64,000 bases of DNA from an uncultured virus (IMG/VR IMGVR_UViG_3300028394_003206). Lineage: Duplodnaviria; Heunggongvirae; Uroviricota; Caudoviricetes. Shown here in pieces: positions 9,755 to 19,823 of the stretch. The first letter of the stretch is position 1; each line of letters opens with the position of its first letter. Position numbers and translations under genes: made by a program. The DNA lies in the IMG/VR virus record IMGVR_UViG_3300028394_003206. One strand, 5' to 3'. The notes below the pieces were generated by a model that saw nothing but the letters and a program-made list of their open reading frames with translations, was not told where the DNA came from and searched no databases.

Positions 9755-10612
9755 TTAATTTGGATTGTTTCTAAATTGTATCCTAACTGCTTTTTCAGAA
9801 ATTTTCATTATTTTTTCCGACTCAATTTTAATTATATGTGAATCTTGTGTAACAAATAATTTTAAATAAACTTGTAAAGCCCAGAATGAATCTAAATAAA
9901 AATCTTGTTTTGGTTTTATATCGTTTATTTGTTCTGAAGGGGTTGCTAATAATCTACCATGTATTTCATTTAAACCTAATTTATTTCTAAAAACTCTTAA
10001 AGAACTTTTAAAAGCATCAAATTTTTTATGATTTACACCAGTTATTGTGGCACTATCACCTAGAATAATATCTCTCAATTTTGAGAATTTTATTTTAGAA
10101 CCTAATAAATGAATTAAAGAATTTATTTGTTCATCAAAAGTATTTACCTCTATTTCACTTATACTTTGTGATGCTTGTGTAACACCTTTTGTATGTTTTT
10201 TAAGTATTTCTAAATCTTTTATGTTTGAAACAATATGAAAATTACTTGATGGGCAATATAAACCAACATTAAAACTTAATTTTCTAGTTTTATCACTTGA
10301 ATTTAAAATATAAAATGTTTTATAAAAATCTAACCCACCTATTCTAATCCTTGATGATATTAAATTTAAATATTGTTTACCATTTAAAACCTCAAATTTA
10401 TAAGCATTTATTTTAAAGTTCTTTTCAATTATATTTATTTTATCTTTTAAATATTTAGCAATATCAAATATTTCATATTTTTCTGAAACAGTTGCAACTT
10501 TCATTATTTTATTTCCAAATTTAGTTACAACATTATCACCTTTTCTTTCAATGGAGATTTTATTTATTTTGGAAAATAATGATGCTTTGTCATATTTCAA
10601 AAAATCTCTCAT
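9755..10612 (-). CDS. Hypothetical protein, DUF932/DUF945-like
   Basis: VSEKYEI and ILNSSDKTRKLSFNVGLY resemble the LxNSxD core of that family. Confidence 0.5.
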   Translation of the reverse strand: MRDFLKYDKASLFSKINKISIERKGDNVVTKFGNKIMKVATVSEKYEIFDIAKYLKDKINIIEKNFKINAYKFEVLNGKQYLNLISSRIRIGGLDFYKTFYILNSSDKTRKLSFNVGLYCPSSNFHIVSNIKDLEILKKHTKGVTQASQSISEIEVNTFDEQINSLIHLLGSKIKFSKLRDIILGDSATITGVNHKKFDAFKSSLRVFRNKLGLNEIHGRLLATPSEQINDIKPKQDFYLDSFWALQVYLKLFVTQDSHIIKIESEKIMKISEKAVRIQFRNNPN

Positions 10613-10795
10613 GGTGTTTTCAATATTTTTAATTATATATTTGATTATTAATAGTAAAATTATTCAAAACCTTTGTATTTTGGTAAAAATTAAATGGTGT
10701 GTTAAAAAGATTAAATAAAGAATATTATCTATTTAACTGTTAATAAAATCTTATAAGAAGATGTGAAAAATTATATATAAAAGTAAAAATTTATA

Positions 10796-10870
10796 ATGTT
10801 TTATAATATTAAACAATTCTCAGAACTAATTAATGTCTCCAAACAAACTTTAAGAAATTGGATGCTGTAA
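10796..10870 (+). pseudogene. Remnant of IS607-type TnpA (MerR-like HTH N-terminus)
   Basis: MFYNIKQFSELINVSKQTLRNW then premature stop; about 100 nt upstream of tnpB. Confidence 0.7.
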
Positions 10871-10960
10871 ATAATATAAATGTATTAAAAAAAAATTTGC
10901 AACAGGCATTATAAATATTATAAAAAAATATAAAAAAGTTTAAAATTGATTTCTTAATCT

Positions 10961-10969
10961 TAATATATA
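10961..10969 (+). promoter_or_regulatory. Putative phage (late) promoter box TAATATATA (also 12199, 16540, 27849, 28165, 29824, 33193, 36002, 41243, 41585, 43953, 51034, 56905, 63174 plus; 2866, 3928, 4778, 24122, 35600, 48207, 52776, 58224, 59614, 61315, 63127 minus)
   Basis: Same 9-mer usually 4-30 nt upstream of ATG in the coding orientation, often after a T-run. Confidence 0.7.
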
Positions 10970-10973
10970 CTAT

Positions 10974-12152
10974 ATGTTAAGTAAAAAAGTTAAATTATTT
11001 TTAAATTATAATCAACAATTAATATTAGAAACATTATCCAATGAACATAGATTATTGTATAATTTTCTCCTTGAAAAAGTTAAAGATAATCTTGATTTTA
11101 AATCAATTAATGAAAATTATAAACTTTTTAGATTAGCAAATAATTTAACAATTAATAGCAAATCTGCTCAAAATACATCAATTGTTCTTATAAACAATAT
11201 AAAATCTTACTTATCATTAAAGAAAAAAGATAAAACTGCTAGATTTCCTAATAAATTTAAAAGCCATAAGTATTTTACATCTTTTATGCTTGATTATAAC
11301 AATGGATGTGGGGGGTTTAAAATAAAGGATGGGCATTTAGAATTAAATTTAAATAATCCTAAAAATAAAGTCATTTTCAATCTACCAGATTATGTTAACC
11401 ATATTTCAAATGAAAATGTTAAAACTATAACTTTTAAGAAAGAAGATAATGATTATTACTTAATATTTGTTTATCAAGAAGTTAATGAAATTAAAGAATT
11501 AAATAAAGATAACTTTTTAAGTATTGATTTGGGGTATTCTAGGTTATTGACTGGTTCTTCAATGGAAGAAAATATAATTATAAATAATTTTAAACAAAAG
11601 AAATTAAATGGTTATATATCTAAACTACAAGCAAATAGAGATAAATATAAAAAAGGTTCTAGAAAATATAGAAAGATTAATAGTAAATTAAAAAGAAAAA
11701 AATCTAAATTAGTTAATAAACAAAAAGATTTTTTACATAAATCAAGTAAAAAAGTAGTAGATTTTTGTATACAAAATAATATAGGCAAATTAATTGTTGG
11801 TGATATAAATGTAAAATCAATAATTAAAGAAAGTAACTATTTTATAAATGGATTAAGTAAATCAACCTCAAATTTAGGTAGATTTAAAACATTCTTAGAG
11901 TATAAATCCAAGAATGTAGGTATTGAATTTATTTTAGTAAATGAAGCATATACATCTAAAATAAATTGTTTAACAGGAAATATAGAATTTGATAGTTCTT
12001 TAAATAATCGTGAATTTGTTTATGAAAACATTATTATTGATAGAGATATAAATTCATGTATTAATATTTTAAAAAAGTCGGGTTATTGCTTAACCCAAGA
12101 TTCTATAAAGAATCTGTTGTTCAATAAAATGAATGAGTTAAAAGTTTATTAG
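10974..12152 (+). CDS. tnpB: TnpB RNA-guided nuclease (probably IS607-associated)
   Basis: N-terminal KVKLFLN..Q..LYN, SIDLG, DFLHKSS, LIVGD, NEAYTSK, DRDINSCINIL. Confidence 0.92.
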   Translation: MLSKKVKLFLNYNQQLILETLSNEHRLLYNFLLEKVKDNLDFKSINENYKLFRLANNLTINSKSAQNTSIVLINNIKSYLSLKKKDKTARFPNKFKSHKYFTSFMLDYNNGCGGFKIKDGHLELNLNNPKNKVIFNLPDYVNHISNENVKTITFKKEDNDYYLIFVYQEVNEIKELNKDNFLSIDLGYSRLLTGSSMEENIIINNFKQKKLNGYISKLQANRDKYKKGSRKYRKINSKLKRKKSKLVNKQKDFLHKSSKKVVDFCIQNNIGKLIVGDINVKSIIKESNYFINGLSKSTSNLGRFKTFLEYKSKNVGIEFILVNEAYTSKINCLTGNIEFDSSLNNREFVYENIIIDRDINSCINILKKSGYCLTQDSIKNLLFNKMNELKVY

Positions 12153-12231
12153 TGTTATAATTATTTATAACTTTTTACACTTTTATCAAAGCATAAATTA
12201 ATATATACTTAATAAAAATATAAAAACAAAT

Positions 12232-13320
12232 ATGAAACATATTAGAACATATAATTCTTATAAAAATTTAAAATTGAATGAAGAAAGAACATTGAAAAGA
12301 AATGTTCAGATATTATCAAATATAGATTTAACAACTGATGATTTAACATTATTTAAAAATGTTTTTGAAACAGTTTATAATAAAACTAAAATGACATCTT
12401 TAGTTAAAGAAGAATTAGATTTATTTTTATCTGATAATGAATTTATAACAGAAGGTTTCTTTGATAAATTAAAAGAAAGATTTCCAAAAGCTGCTGAATA
12501 TTCAAAAAAACTTTCTGATAAAGCAGAACAAACACTTAGTGGTATTTTACAAAAAGTTAAAGATGCTGTTTCATTTGTTAAAAAAATAACAGAAGGAATT
12601 AAAGAATTCTTTATTGCTGCTATACAAAAAGGTAAAGATTTTTATATTGAGCAAATTAAATCTGGTAAATTAAAAGCAAAAGTTGATGAACTAGCAAAAA
12701 CTAAAAAAGAAGGTTTAATTGATGATTTAAAAACAATTAAAGAAGTAGCTGATTTTTATAGAACAAAATTTATGGGTAAACTAATTTCATCTACTGAAAC
12801 TAACTTTACTGATTTTTTGAATAAAGATCAAGAACCAGTAGTTGAATCTATTGTAAATGAAGGTGCTAATGTTATTGCAACTTTAGTTCATAAAATTGAA
12901 GCAATTCCACCTTTCTCTTGGTTAGAAGCAATTGCTAAAGCTGGTGAAAAAGGTGCTAGTGCAATTATTGGTGCTATATCATCATTGACACAAAAAATGG
13001 GTGGTAAAGCTTTTGAATTGCCAGTTGTTGCTATATTAATCGGTATTATGATTGAGCAAATTATAAAAGGTGATGTTGGACATTGGTTAATACATTTAGC
13101 AGGACCAACTCCATTAGGAATGGCGATTAAAGGTTTGAAAATAACAGCAGCAGTTATTGCTTTTATAGTTGCTCTCGATTCAGTTATAGGTGGAACACTT
13201 GGTGTAGTTAATGGACATGGGCACGATGAACACAGTGGTGAGCATAATGCTGATCATAGTTCTGAACAAGCTAGTGATGCTAAACCAGATGAAACTGTAA
13301 ATAAAGAAGAAGAAATGTAA
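12232..13320 (+). CDS. Hypothetical leader-bearing protein with C-terminal hydrophobic helices and His-rich tail
   Basis: MKHIRTYNSYKNLKLNE; hydrophobic segments near the C-terminus; HGHDEHSGEHNADH. Confidence 0.8.
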   Translation: MKHIRTYNSYKNLKLNEERTLKRNVQILSNIDLTTDDLTLFKNVFETVYNKTKMTSLVKEELDLFLSDNEFITEGFFDKLKERFPKAAEYSKKLSDKAEQTLSGILQKVKDAVSFVKKITEGIKEFFIAAIQKGKDFYIEQIKSGKLKAKVDELAKTKKEGLIDDLKTIKEVADFYRTKFMGKLISSTETNFTDFLNKDQEPVVESIVNEGANVIATLVHKIEAIPPFSWLEAIAKAGEKGASAIIGAISSLTQKMGGKAFELPVVAILIGIMIEQIIKGDVGHWLIHLAGPTPLGMAIKGLKITAAVIAFIVALDSVIGGTLGVVNGHGHDEHSGEHNADHSSEQASDAKPDETVNKEEEM

Positions 13321-13321
13321 A

Positions 13322-13666
13322 ATGAAATTAGATGTAAACGAAGTTTATCATAATTATATAATTAAGATAATTATATTTGCATCTTTTTTACATAAAAAAC
13401 ATATTAGGAAACAAGATGTTTTTAAACATTATGTTTTAGAATATGTCGGTAAAAGAATTCCTTGGAAAATAAATCTTAAAATAGATTTTGGTGAATTTGT
13501 TCCTATTAAAGAACAAAGAAATCAATTATTAGATGAACTTCTATATAATAAAAAAAGTGATTATCTATCTTATATAACTGTTTCTTTCAATTCTCCTTTA
13601 AAAGAAACAGTTATTAAAATAGATTTAAGAGATGAAAAGAAGTATGAGAAATTTATATATTCTTAA
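13322..13666 (+). CDS. Hypothetical protein
   Basis: 114-aa ORF; internal QRNQLLDELL motif. Confidence 0.7.
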   Translation: MKLDVNEVYHNYIIKIIIFASFLHKKHIRKQDVFKHYVLEYVGKRIPWKINLKIDFGEFVPIKEQRNQLLDELLYNKKSDYLSYITVSFNSPLKETVIKIDLRDEKKYEKFIYS

Positions 13667-14247
13667 TCTTCTTTAATCTTATTTATTTTATCTCTTAATT
13701 GTGCAGCTACCTCATAATCCTCATTTTCAATAGCTTGTTCAATCATCTTTTCCATATCTTCAATGGTTAATGTTGAAACTTTAGTAGTTGTTGTTTTAGC
13801 CTTACTTACTTCTTCATCAGAAGGTGTTGTACCATCATCGTTCATAAAAATTCCAGCTGATTCTAAAATAGTTTCTGAAATCATAATCGGGCAATTATAA
13901 ACCAATGATAAAACAATTCCATCACCAACAGAACATTCAAATTCTAAATTATCTAAACCACTCGATGTTACTATTTTTGTGTAAAAAATTCCTTCAGCTA
14001 CAGTGTGTATAAAAACTTCATTTACATTCACATTGAAAGCATCTGTCATAGTTTTAAACAAATCATGTGTCATAGGTCTGCCAAGTTTTATATTTTCATT
14101 CTTCACAGCAATTTGTTGTGCATCATTTGGTTTAACAATGATTGGAATCTTTCTAAGACCACCAACCTCACTCAAAACAACAACATAAGAACCTGGTTGT
14201 GATTCACTACCAGATAAACCCATTACTTTTAATTCTTTTCTATTCAT
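13663..14247 (-). CDS. Bifunctional nuclease (BFN/DUF151) with C-terminal UVR domain
   Basis: RKIPIIV, RPMTHDL, EGIFYT, ENEDYEVAAQLRDKI. Confidence 0.9.
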   Translation of the reverse strand: MNRKELKVMGLSGSESQPGSYVVVLSEVGGLRKIPIIVKPNDAQQIAVKNENIKLGRPMTHDLFKTMTDAFNVNVNEVFIHTVAEGIFYTKIVTSSGLDNLEFECSVGDGIVLSLVYNCPIMISETILESAGIFMNDDGTTPSDEEVSKAKTTTTKVSTLTIEDMEKMIEQAIENEDYEVAAQLRDKINKIKED

Positions 14248-14249
14248 TT

Positions 14250-14426
14250 TTATAAATTAAATTCTTTATTAATCATATCAATGATATCTTGATTAGTTTT
14301 TATTTGTGTATCAATTTTATCATCAATTTTAATTGAAAAATCATCTGTCAATGTTTTGATTAATTCTGTATTTTCTACCAATTGTTGTTTTATAGTTTCA
14401 ATGAACTTTATACTTACTTTATACAT
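14250..14426 (-). CDS. Small acyl-carrier-protein-like ORF lacking the DSL serine (not in ORF track)
   Basis: MYKVSIKFIETIKQQLVENTELIKTLTDDFSIKIDDKIDTQIKTNQDIIDMINKEFNL; fills the gap in an operon. Confidence 0.55.
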   Translation of the reverse strand: MYKVSIKFIETIKQQLVENTELIKTLTDDFSIKIDDKIDTQIKTNQDIIDMINKEFNL

Positions 14427-14435
14427 ATATTTATT

Positions 14436-15083
14436 TTAATCTTTTAATAAAAAATCAGCAGCACTTGATGCTGCATGTGATTCCGGTTTAACCCAAACTC
14501 TAAAACCAAGCCCTCTTAACCAAGGTGAAAAACTTTTATAAGCTATGAATGATTTATTTCTAGATCCTCTTTTAGTTTCATCGCCTTCTTTTGGATTGAA
14601 ATCCAAATGTAAATCAACTAATTTCCATTCTATATCATCAGAAGCTACTAATGGTAAATTTTTAATAACATCATCAATATTATGATTCTGAACATGACCA
14701 TACTCACCATTGCATTTTGCTAAATGGAATTTATATCTTTTTCTTTCTAAATCATTTAAATCCTTTCTAACATAGAATTTTGATAATTCATTATCTAAAA
14801 AAGTTCCAACATCATGAACATATTGAGCTTCATTATATAATCTCTCTTGGTTATCAATTATTTTATTTTTTGATTCTCTAAAGAAAACAACATGTGCACC
14901 ATTTTTAATATCACCATTATAAATCATAATTGTGATTGCATAAACAGTTTTTCTTCTAGTTTGTATTGAATCACAACCAACAGTGATAGTAATCATTGGG
15001 TCTTTTTCAATAGAATCTTTTAAATATTCTATAATATCTGGTATAAATTCTCCGCTGAATTTTTTAAACCTATCTCTAAACAT
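14436..15083 (-). CDS. RNase H-like DUF458 (YkuK) family protein
   Basis: ITVGCDS, ERLYNEA, LHLDFN, VKPESHAASSAAD. Confidence 0.85.
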   Translation of the reverse strand: MFRDRFKKFSGEFIPDIIEYLKDSIEKDPMITITVGCDSIQTRRKTVYAITIMIYNGDIKNGAHVVFFRESKNKIIDNQERLYNEAQYVHDVGTFLDNELSKFYVRKDLNDLERKRYKFHLAKCNGEYGHVQNHNIDDVIKNLPLVASDDIEWKLVDLHLDFNPKEGDETKRGSRNKSFIAYKSFSPWLRGLGFRVWVKPESHAASSAADFLLKD

Positions 15084-15115
15084 AGTTTTTATATGTTAGG
15101 TTTTTTAAATGTTTG

Positions 15116-15146
15116 AAAAAGTGCCATATTAATATGGCACTTTTTT
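15116..15146. terminator. Bidirectional intrinsic terminator
   Basis: AAAAAGTGCCATATTAATATGGCACTTTTTT. Confidence 0.8.
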
Positions 15147-16329
15147 ATTTATCTTTATTCTCACCATCTTCCTCTTCCTCATCATCAACACCATCATTGT
15201 TTACAATTTTGATATTCTTTAATGTTTTTCGGAAAGCTAACAAAATGTTTTTCACATTTTCATTTTGGATATCTGGAGTCTCATCAATTAGATGTAACAA
15301 ATAAGCACATTTTTCATCTTCACCAATTGGTTTTAAGAATTTGATGATATTTTCCACTTGTTTTGTATTCAAAGTTTCAACATCAATTTCTTTTAATGAA
15401 TGGATCAACTCTGATTTTTTATCTCTTTTATAGTTTTCCAATTCTTTTTTAATACCATCATAATTGTTGATAACATCTTGGATGCTAATATTTGCCATAT
15501 CTTGACAGTAAGTTACAAACTTAACAGCACAGTTTCCAATATATCCATGTGCTACTTTTGATAACAATGGTAAGAAATCTTTAATCTCTGCATTCATTCC
15601 CCAGTTTTTAGTGATGAAGTGTGATAACATTGTCCAAGAACGTGGTGTCGCATATCCTGGTGTATTATCACTTGTTTTATACAATTGCTCTGGATTATTT
15701 TCTAAATAAGATGTAATAATCTTATGACAATTATCATATGCGAAATTCCCTAACCAACTTTTAACTGGTAATGAGTGATTAATGTGAATTAAACGATTTT
15801 TTAATGCATTATCAAATTCTTCAACATCAGTTCCATCTTCCTCACCCATGTTGCCCGATGCCATCATCAATACATTGTCATTAAATTTGAAATCACCAAT
15901 TTGACGCTCTAATAAAATTTGCAATGCAGCATTTCTGACAAATTGAGGTGCACGGTTCAACTCCTCAAAGTGAATGATAGTTGGTTGTAAATTAGAATTG
16001 AAAGCCCACTCTGGAATAGCATATCCACTTACTTTCACAACTGTTCCATCTTCACAAACTTTATTATCCAAGAATGGATATTTAAAATCTGATTCATCAG
16101 ACATTGATAAACGAATATCAAGATATTTCATTCCTAATTTTTTAGCAATACTTAAACCGATTGCAGATTTTGCAACACCTGGTTTAGATGTAATAAACAA
16201 AACACCATACTTTGGCCACATCATCATAAGATATTCCAATTCGGTTTCTGTTAATAATGGTAATTTATCCACCATCCATTGTGGCATCATACCTGGTTCT
16301 GATTTAAATTCTGTTGCTTCTACTTTCAT
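15145..16329 (-). CDS. MoxR-like AAA+ ATPase
   Basis: Walker A-like SKPGVAKS, IDIRL-like LDIRLS, HFEELNRA, LQILLER, ASGN, ALKNR, TPRSW; ATG at 16329. Confidence 0.85.
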   Translation of the reverse strand: MKVEATEFKSEPGMMPQWMVDKLPLLTETELEYLMMMWPKYGVLFITSKPGVAKSAIGLSIAKKLGMKYLDIRLSMSDESDFKYPFLDNKVCEDGTVVKVSGYAIPEWAFNSNLQPTIIHFEELNRAPQFVRNAALQILLERQIGDFKFNDNVLMMASGNMGEEDGTDVEEFDNALKNRLIHINHSLPVKSWLGNFAYDNCHKIITSYLENNPEQLYKTSDNTPGYATPRSWTMLSHFITKNWGMNAEIKDFLPLLSKVAHGYIGNCAVKFVTYCQDMANISIQDVINNYDGIKKELENYKRDKKSELIHSLKEIDVETLNTKQVENIIKFLKPIGEDEKCAYLLHLIDETPDIQNENVKNILLAFRKTLKNIKIVNNDGVDDEEEEDGENKDK

Positions 16330-16359
16330 ATATTTATTTTTATTTAACAAAGGTAATTA

Positions 16360-16503
16360 TTATTTTTTACTTTCCAAATTATTTTTTACAATTTCACAAA
16401 ATAGTTTTTCATCTTTTGATTTTAAATAAAGTTCTAATGTTAATCCTTTGGGTAAACTATTAGCACCAAATTTATTTTGCAATTCCACTATTATATTTTT
16501 CAT
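16360..16503 (-). CDS. Small hypothetical protein
   Basis: MKNIIVELQ... ATG at 16503 behind TATATTTG (16520..16527). Confidence 0.5.
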   Translation of the reverse strand: MKNIIVELQNKFGANSLPKGLTLELYLKSKDEKLFCEIVKNNLESKK

Positions 16504-16552
16504 AATTAAATTTATATTACAAATATAGTAATAATATTTTAATATATACATA

Positions 16553-17596
16553 ATGAGAATATATAATTATAAATTATTTTTAGAGAAAAAATTATACATC
16601 TATAATAGAAAATGTAGAATCAAAGATATTATTGATGCTAATATATATGATATAGAACAAGTTAATAAATGGATGTCCATCTATAATATAGATACCTGGG
16701 CACATTGTATATTAGTTAGTGAGAATAAAATAAAATCACTATCTAATGTTAATATTAGAGTTTCATCAAGAGATATAAAGAATAAAGTTTCATTTGATGA
16801 TAATTCACAAAATACAAAGGGGTATTTGGTAGAAGATTCTAAATTAGAGTTGGGCGAAGACACTATTTATTTATACATCTTTAAGAAAAATTCAAATCCT
16901 ACTTCAAGAGCTAGACAAAATCATGGTTTTACATATGAATATGAAATAAGACAATTGAATGGTTTAAATAAATTAGGAAATACACATAAATGGGATGCAC
17001 AAGGTGGTCTTGATCTTAAATTTATAGAAGATAGATCAAATAGTGATATAAAATATTTTAATGGTAATGATTATGAAGAATTTAATTGGGATTTCCTACC
17101 ATCTGAATTTAAAAAAGAAAATTATTGGAATATAAAATCTATTGAATATGGTAATAATGTTGATATGGGTGATTTCCTAAGAGTTGCTGGATGGAAATTA
17201 GAAAATGGTAAATTAATAAAACAAGAAGATAGAGTTTCTAAATTTATGTTTGTTGTTAATTTTTATAATAAAATAAAAGGTTCTGTTGAAGAATATATTA
17301 TATTAATGCCAATTGATAAATGGTTTACTTATTTCCCTGATATTTATTCATATAAAAAGGAAATTGAATCTATGTATTCTGAATTGAAAAGTCATAGATT
17401 AAAAGGTGAAAGAACCGAAGAAAGTGAATTGGGATGGAAAAATTTTTTAGAACGATATAAAAAAATAACTGAAAATAGTTTAATCAAATTAAGATTTAAA
17501 AGGGATTCAAAAGGACAATTAAGAATTCAATGTTCTATTAGCTTTAAAGATTTTAAGAAAATATTAGAAAATAAACATATTAAAATATCAAAATGA
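16553..17596 (+). CDS. Leader-bearing putative PD-(D/E)XK restriction-type endonuclease
   Basis: RQNHGFTYE, KWDA, NIKS...VDMGD, RIQCS; leader MRIYNYKLFLE. Confidence 0.5.
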   Translation: MRIYNYKLFLEKKLYIYNRKCRIKDIIDANIYDIEQVNKWMSIYNIDTWAHCILVSENKIKSLSNVNIRVSSRDIKNKVSFDDNSQNTKGYLVEDSKLELGEDTIYLYIFKKNSNPTSRARQNHGFTYEYEIRQLNGLNKLGNTHKWDAQGGLDLKFIEDRSNSDIKYFNGNDYEEFNWDFLPSEFKKENYWNIKSIEYGNNVDMGDFLRVAGWKLENGKLIKQEDRVSKFMFVVNFYNKIKGSVEEYIILMPIDKWFTYFPDIYSYKKEIESMYSELKSHRLKGERTEESELGWKNFLERYKKITENSLIKLRFKRDSKGQLRIQCSISFKDFKKILENKHIKISK

Positions 17597-17625
17597 AAAA
17601 AGCCACTTTAAAGTGGCTTTTTTTT
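17596..17625. terminator. Bidirectional terminator, AGCCACTT/AAGTGGCT family
   Basis: AAAAAAGCCACTTTAAAGTGGCTTTTTTTT between convergent genes. Confidence 0.85.
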
Positions 17626-18085
17626 AAATTGTTTCAGTTTCTTCAGTAGTGGTATATAAGTTACTTTCTTTTAAAACATTTAAAATGTTTTCAGTTATAT
17701 CATATTTACTATTAAGATAAACAACTTCCATTTTACCAACAACAACATCAATATTATTAGTAGTTGAATAAGTGTTAATAATATCACTCAATTCTTCAAA
17801 TGTTTGAGTATTTAAAGCAGTGTGTAACCCATTCATTTCAGTTTTATAATCCTGATCAATAGCTTGTGCTTCATCTTGAAGTTTTTTAAATTTAGCTTCT
17901 TGTTCAGCTTGATTATTCATAACCAACCCACTATTAAAACTTCTGATAATATCCTCCATTTCTTTTTTCAAAGGTTCAGCTCTTTTAATAAAAGATTGTC
18001 TAACATTTTCAATTTTAGCAATCCCTTCTTGATAATTTTTATAATTCTTAGTTAAAATTTCAAAATCTACAACTCTTAATTCCAT
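17624..18085 (-). CDS. skp: Skp/OmpH-like chaperone (no signal peptide)
   Basis: VVDFEIL, coiled coil, IDVV...VVYLNSKYDITENIL. Confidence 0.75.
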   Translation of the reverse strand: MELRVVDFEILTKNYKNYQEGIAKIENVRQSFIKRAEPLKKEMEDIIRSFNSGLVMNNQAEQEAKFKKLQDEAQAIDQDYKTEMNGLHTALNTQTFEELSDIINTYSTTNNIDVVVGKMEVVYLNSKYDITENILNVLKESNLYTTTEETETI

Positions 18086-18150
18086 ATTATGTTTTTTATT
18101 TTTATATTTTATTTATTTGGTAAGTTTGAAATAATCTTCAATTATTACAA

Positions 18151-18176
18151 AAACTAATATCTAATTTACCATATAA
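18151..18176 (+). promoter_or_regulatory. Putative third promoter class AAAC-N16/17-ATATAA (also 18102..18127 minus; 24151, 36799, 47756, 61354 plus)
   Basis: Conserved spacing upstream of exonuclease, skp, topoisomerase, clpP and two hypothetical genes. Confidence 0.5.
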
Positions 18177-18181
18177 TATAA

Positions 18182-18928
18182 ATGAAAAATGAATTATTAA
18201 AAAGATTAGAATGTTTTGATGATCCTAATTTTATATTCAACCCTAAATTACATAAATATACTTATAATGGTGTTGTTTTTCAATCAGTAACACAATTTTT
18301 AGAAGAATTTCACACACCATTTGATTTAGAAGGCAAATCTAAAAAGAAAGCTGGTGAAATTGGAGTTTCTCAAGAAACTATTAAAAAAGAATGGTCTGAA
18401 AATAATAAATATGCAAATATTGTTGGAACAGCTGTTCATGATTGGATTGAAAAATATTATAAAAAAATATGGCAAGAATTGCCTACTAATCCAGATATAA
18501 TACATAGGATAAATAAATTTAATAAAATACATTCTAAACATCTTTATAAATTAGAATCATTAGCTTCTGAAATAAAAGTTTTTTCAAAAAAATGGGGGAA
18601 AGCTGGAACAATTGATGCTCTATTTATTAAAGATGGTAAAATTTACATATTAGATTATAAAACTAATAAAAAATTTACTGATGATGAACATGTAGATGGT
18701 AGATGGCAAAAACTATTACCACCATTTGGTGATTTTTATAAAAACCATCACAATGAATATTCTATACAACTATCTATGTATGCATGTATATTAGAAGAAT
18801 GGGGTTTTGAAGTAGCTGGTTCATATTTAGTTTATATTGGCCCTGGTGATGAAGAAGCTAGATTGATCAAAGTTAAAGATATGAGAAAATATATTAGAGA
18901 ATATTTTAAAGAAAATCTTATTAGTTAA
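18182..18928 (+). CDS. PD-(D/E)XK exonuclease
   Basis: HKY..SVTQF, GTAVH, AGTIDAL, ILDYKT, YSIQLSMY. Confidence 0.9.
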   Translation: MKNELLKRLECFDDPNFIFNPKLHKYTYNGVVFQSVTQFLEEFHTPFDLEGKSKKKAGEIGVSQETIKKEWSENNKYANIVGTAVHDWIEKYYKKIWQELPTNPDIIHRINKFNKIHSKHLYKLESLASEIKVFSKKWGKAGTIDALFIKDGKIYILDYKTNKKFTDDEHVDGRWQKLLPPFGDFYKNHHNEYSIQLSMYACILEEWGFEVAGSYLVYIGPGDEEARLIKVKDMRKYIREYFKENLIS

Positions 18929-18953
18929 TATATAATTAAATAAGAATTTAGAT

Positions 18954-19820
18954 ATGATAAAAGAACATGAAGATTTTATAAGAGAAAATTATCCAACTAA
19001 AGGGGTTAAATATTGTGCAGATATATTAGGTTTGAAAGCTTCAACAGTTAGTGGATTTGTGTATAGGAAAAAATTAAAATTAGATAAAGATAGTTTATAT
19101 AAAATATACTCAAAAAATATTATAAATATAGATGATTATATAAATATACAAAATCCTGAAATTGCCTATATATTAGGTTTGATATGGGCAGATGGTAGTG
19201 TTATTTTGTCAAATAATAAATCAAAAACACCAGTTATTAAACACAGTTGTGTTAAATATGATTCAGAACACACCAATTTAATTTTTGAAAAACTTAAATG
19301 GAGAAATTATGAAAGTGAAAATTTAAAATCTATTGGTAAAAATAAAATGGTTGTAAATTGGATAAGTAGTAGAGAACTTGGGAATTATTTAATTTTAAAT
19401 AATTATAGGAATAAAGAAAAGGGAACTAATATATTTAAAAACTTTCCAAATTTTTTATCACATTTTCTTAGAGGTTTTTTTGATGGTGATGGTTGTTTTA
19501 CAATAACAAAATATTCAAAAAATAAATATAAACAATCTGCTGTTTATTTTTCCTCAAGTTCTAATCAAGATTGGACATTTATAACTGAAATATTAGATAG
19601 TTTAAATGTAAAATATGGAATGAGAATAAATAGTGATTTTATGGGAAAATCATCACAACTATATATAGTAGATTCATTATCAATATATAATTTATGCTTT
19701 TTTTTATATAAAGATTCTGATGGTATTAGATTAGAACGTAAATATGAAAAATATAAAGAATTTTTAGAATATAAGAAGATATATAAAAAAAATGTTCTTT
19801 ATAAAATATTAAATAGTTAA
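18954..19820 (+). CDS. LAGLIDADG homing endonuclease with N-terminal HTH
   Basis: AYILGLIWADG and FLRGFFDGDG; LERKY. Confidence 0.9.
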   Translation: MIKEHEDFIRENYPTKGVKYCADILGLKASTVSGFVYRKKLKLDKDSLYKIYSKNIINIDDYINIQNPEIAYILGLIWADGSVILSNNKSKTPVIKHSCVKYDSEHTNLIFEKLKWRNYESENLKSIGKNKMVVNWISSRELGNYLILNNYRNKEKGTNIFKNFPNFLSHFLRGFFDGDGCFTITKYSKNKYKQSAVYFSSSSNQDWTFITEILDSLNVKYGMRINSDFMGKSSQLYIVDSLSIYNLCFFLYKDSDGIRLERKYEKYKEFLEYKKIYKKNVLYKILNS

Positions 19821-19823
19821 AAT

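Noticed and set aside
18182..18928. Cas4 / CRISPR adaptation module
   Set aside because: No Fe-S cysteine cluster, no array or cas1; ordinary phage PD-(D/E)XK exonuclease
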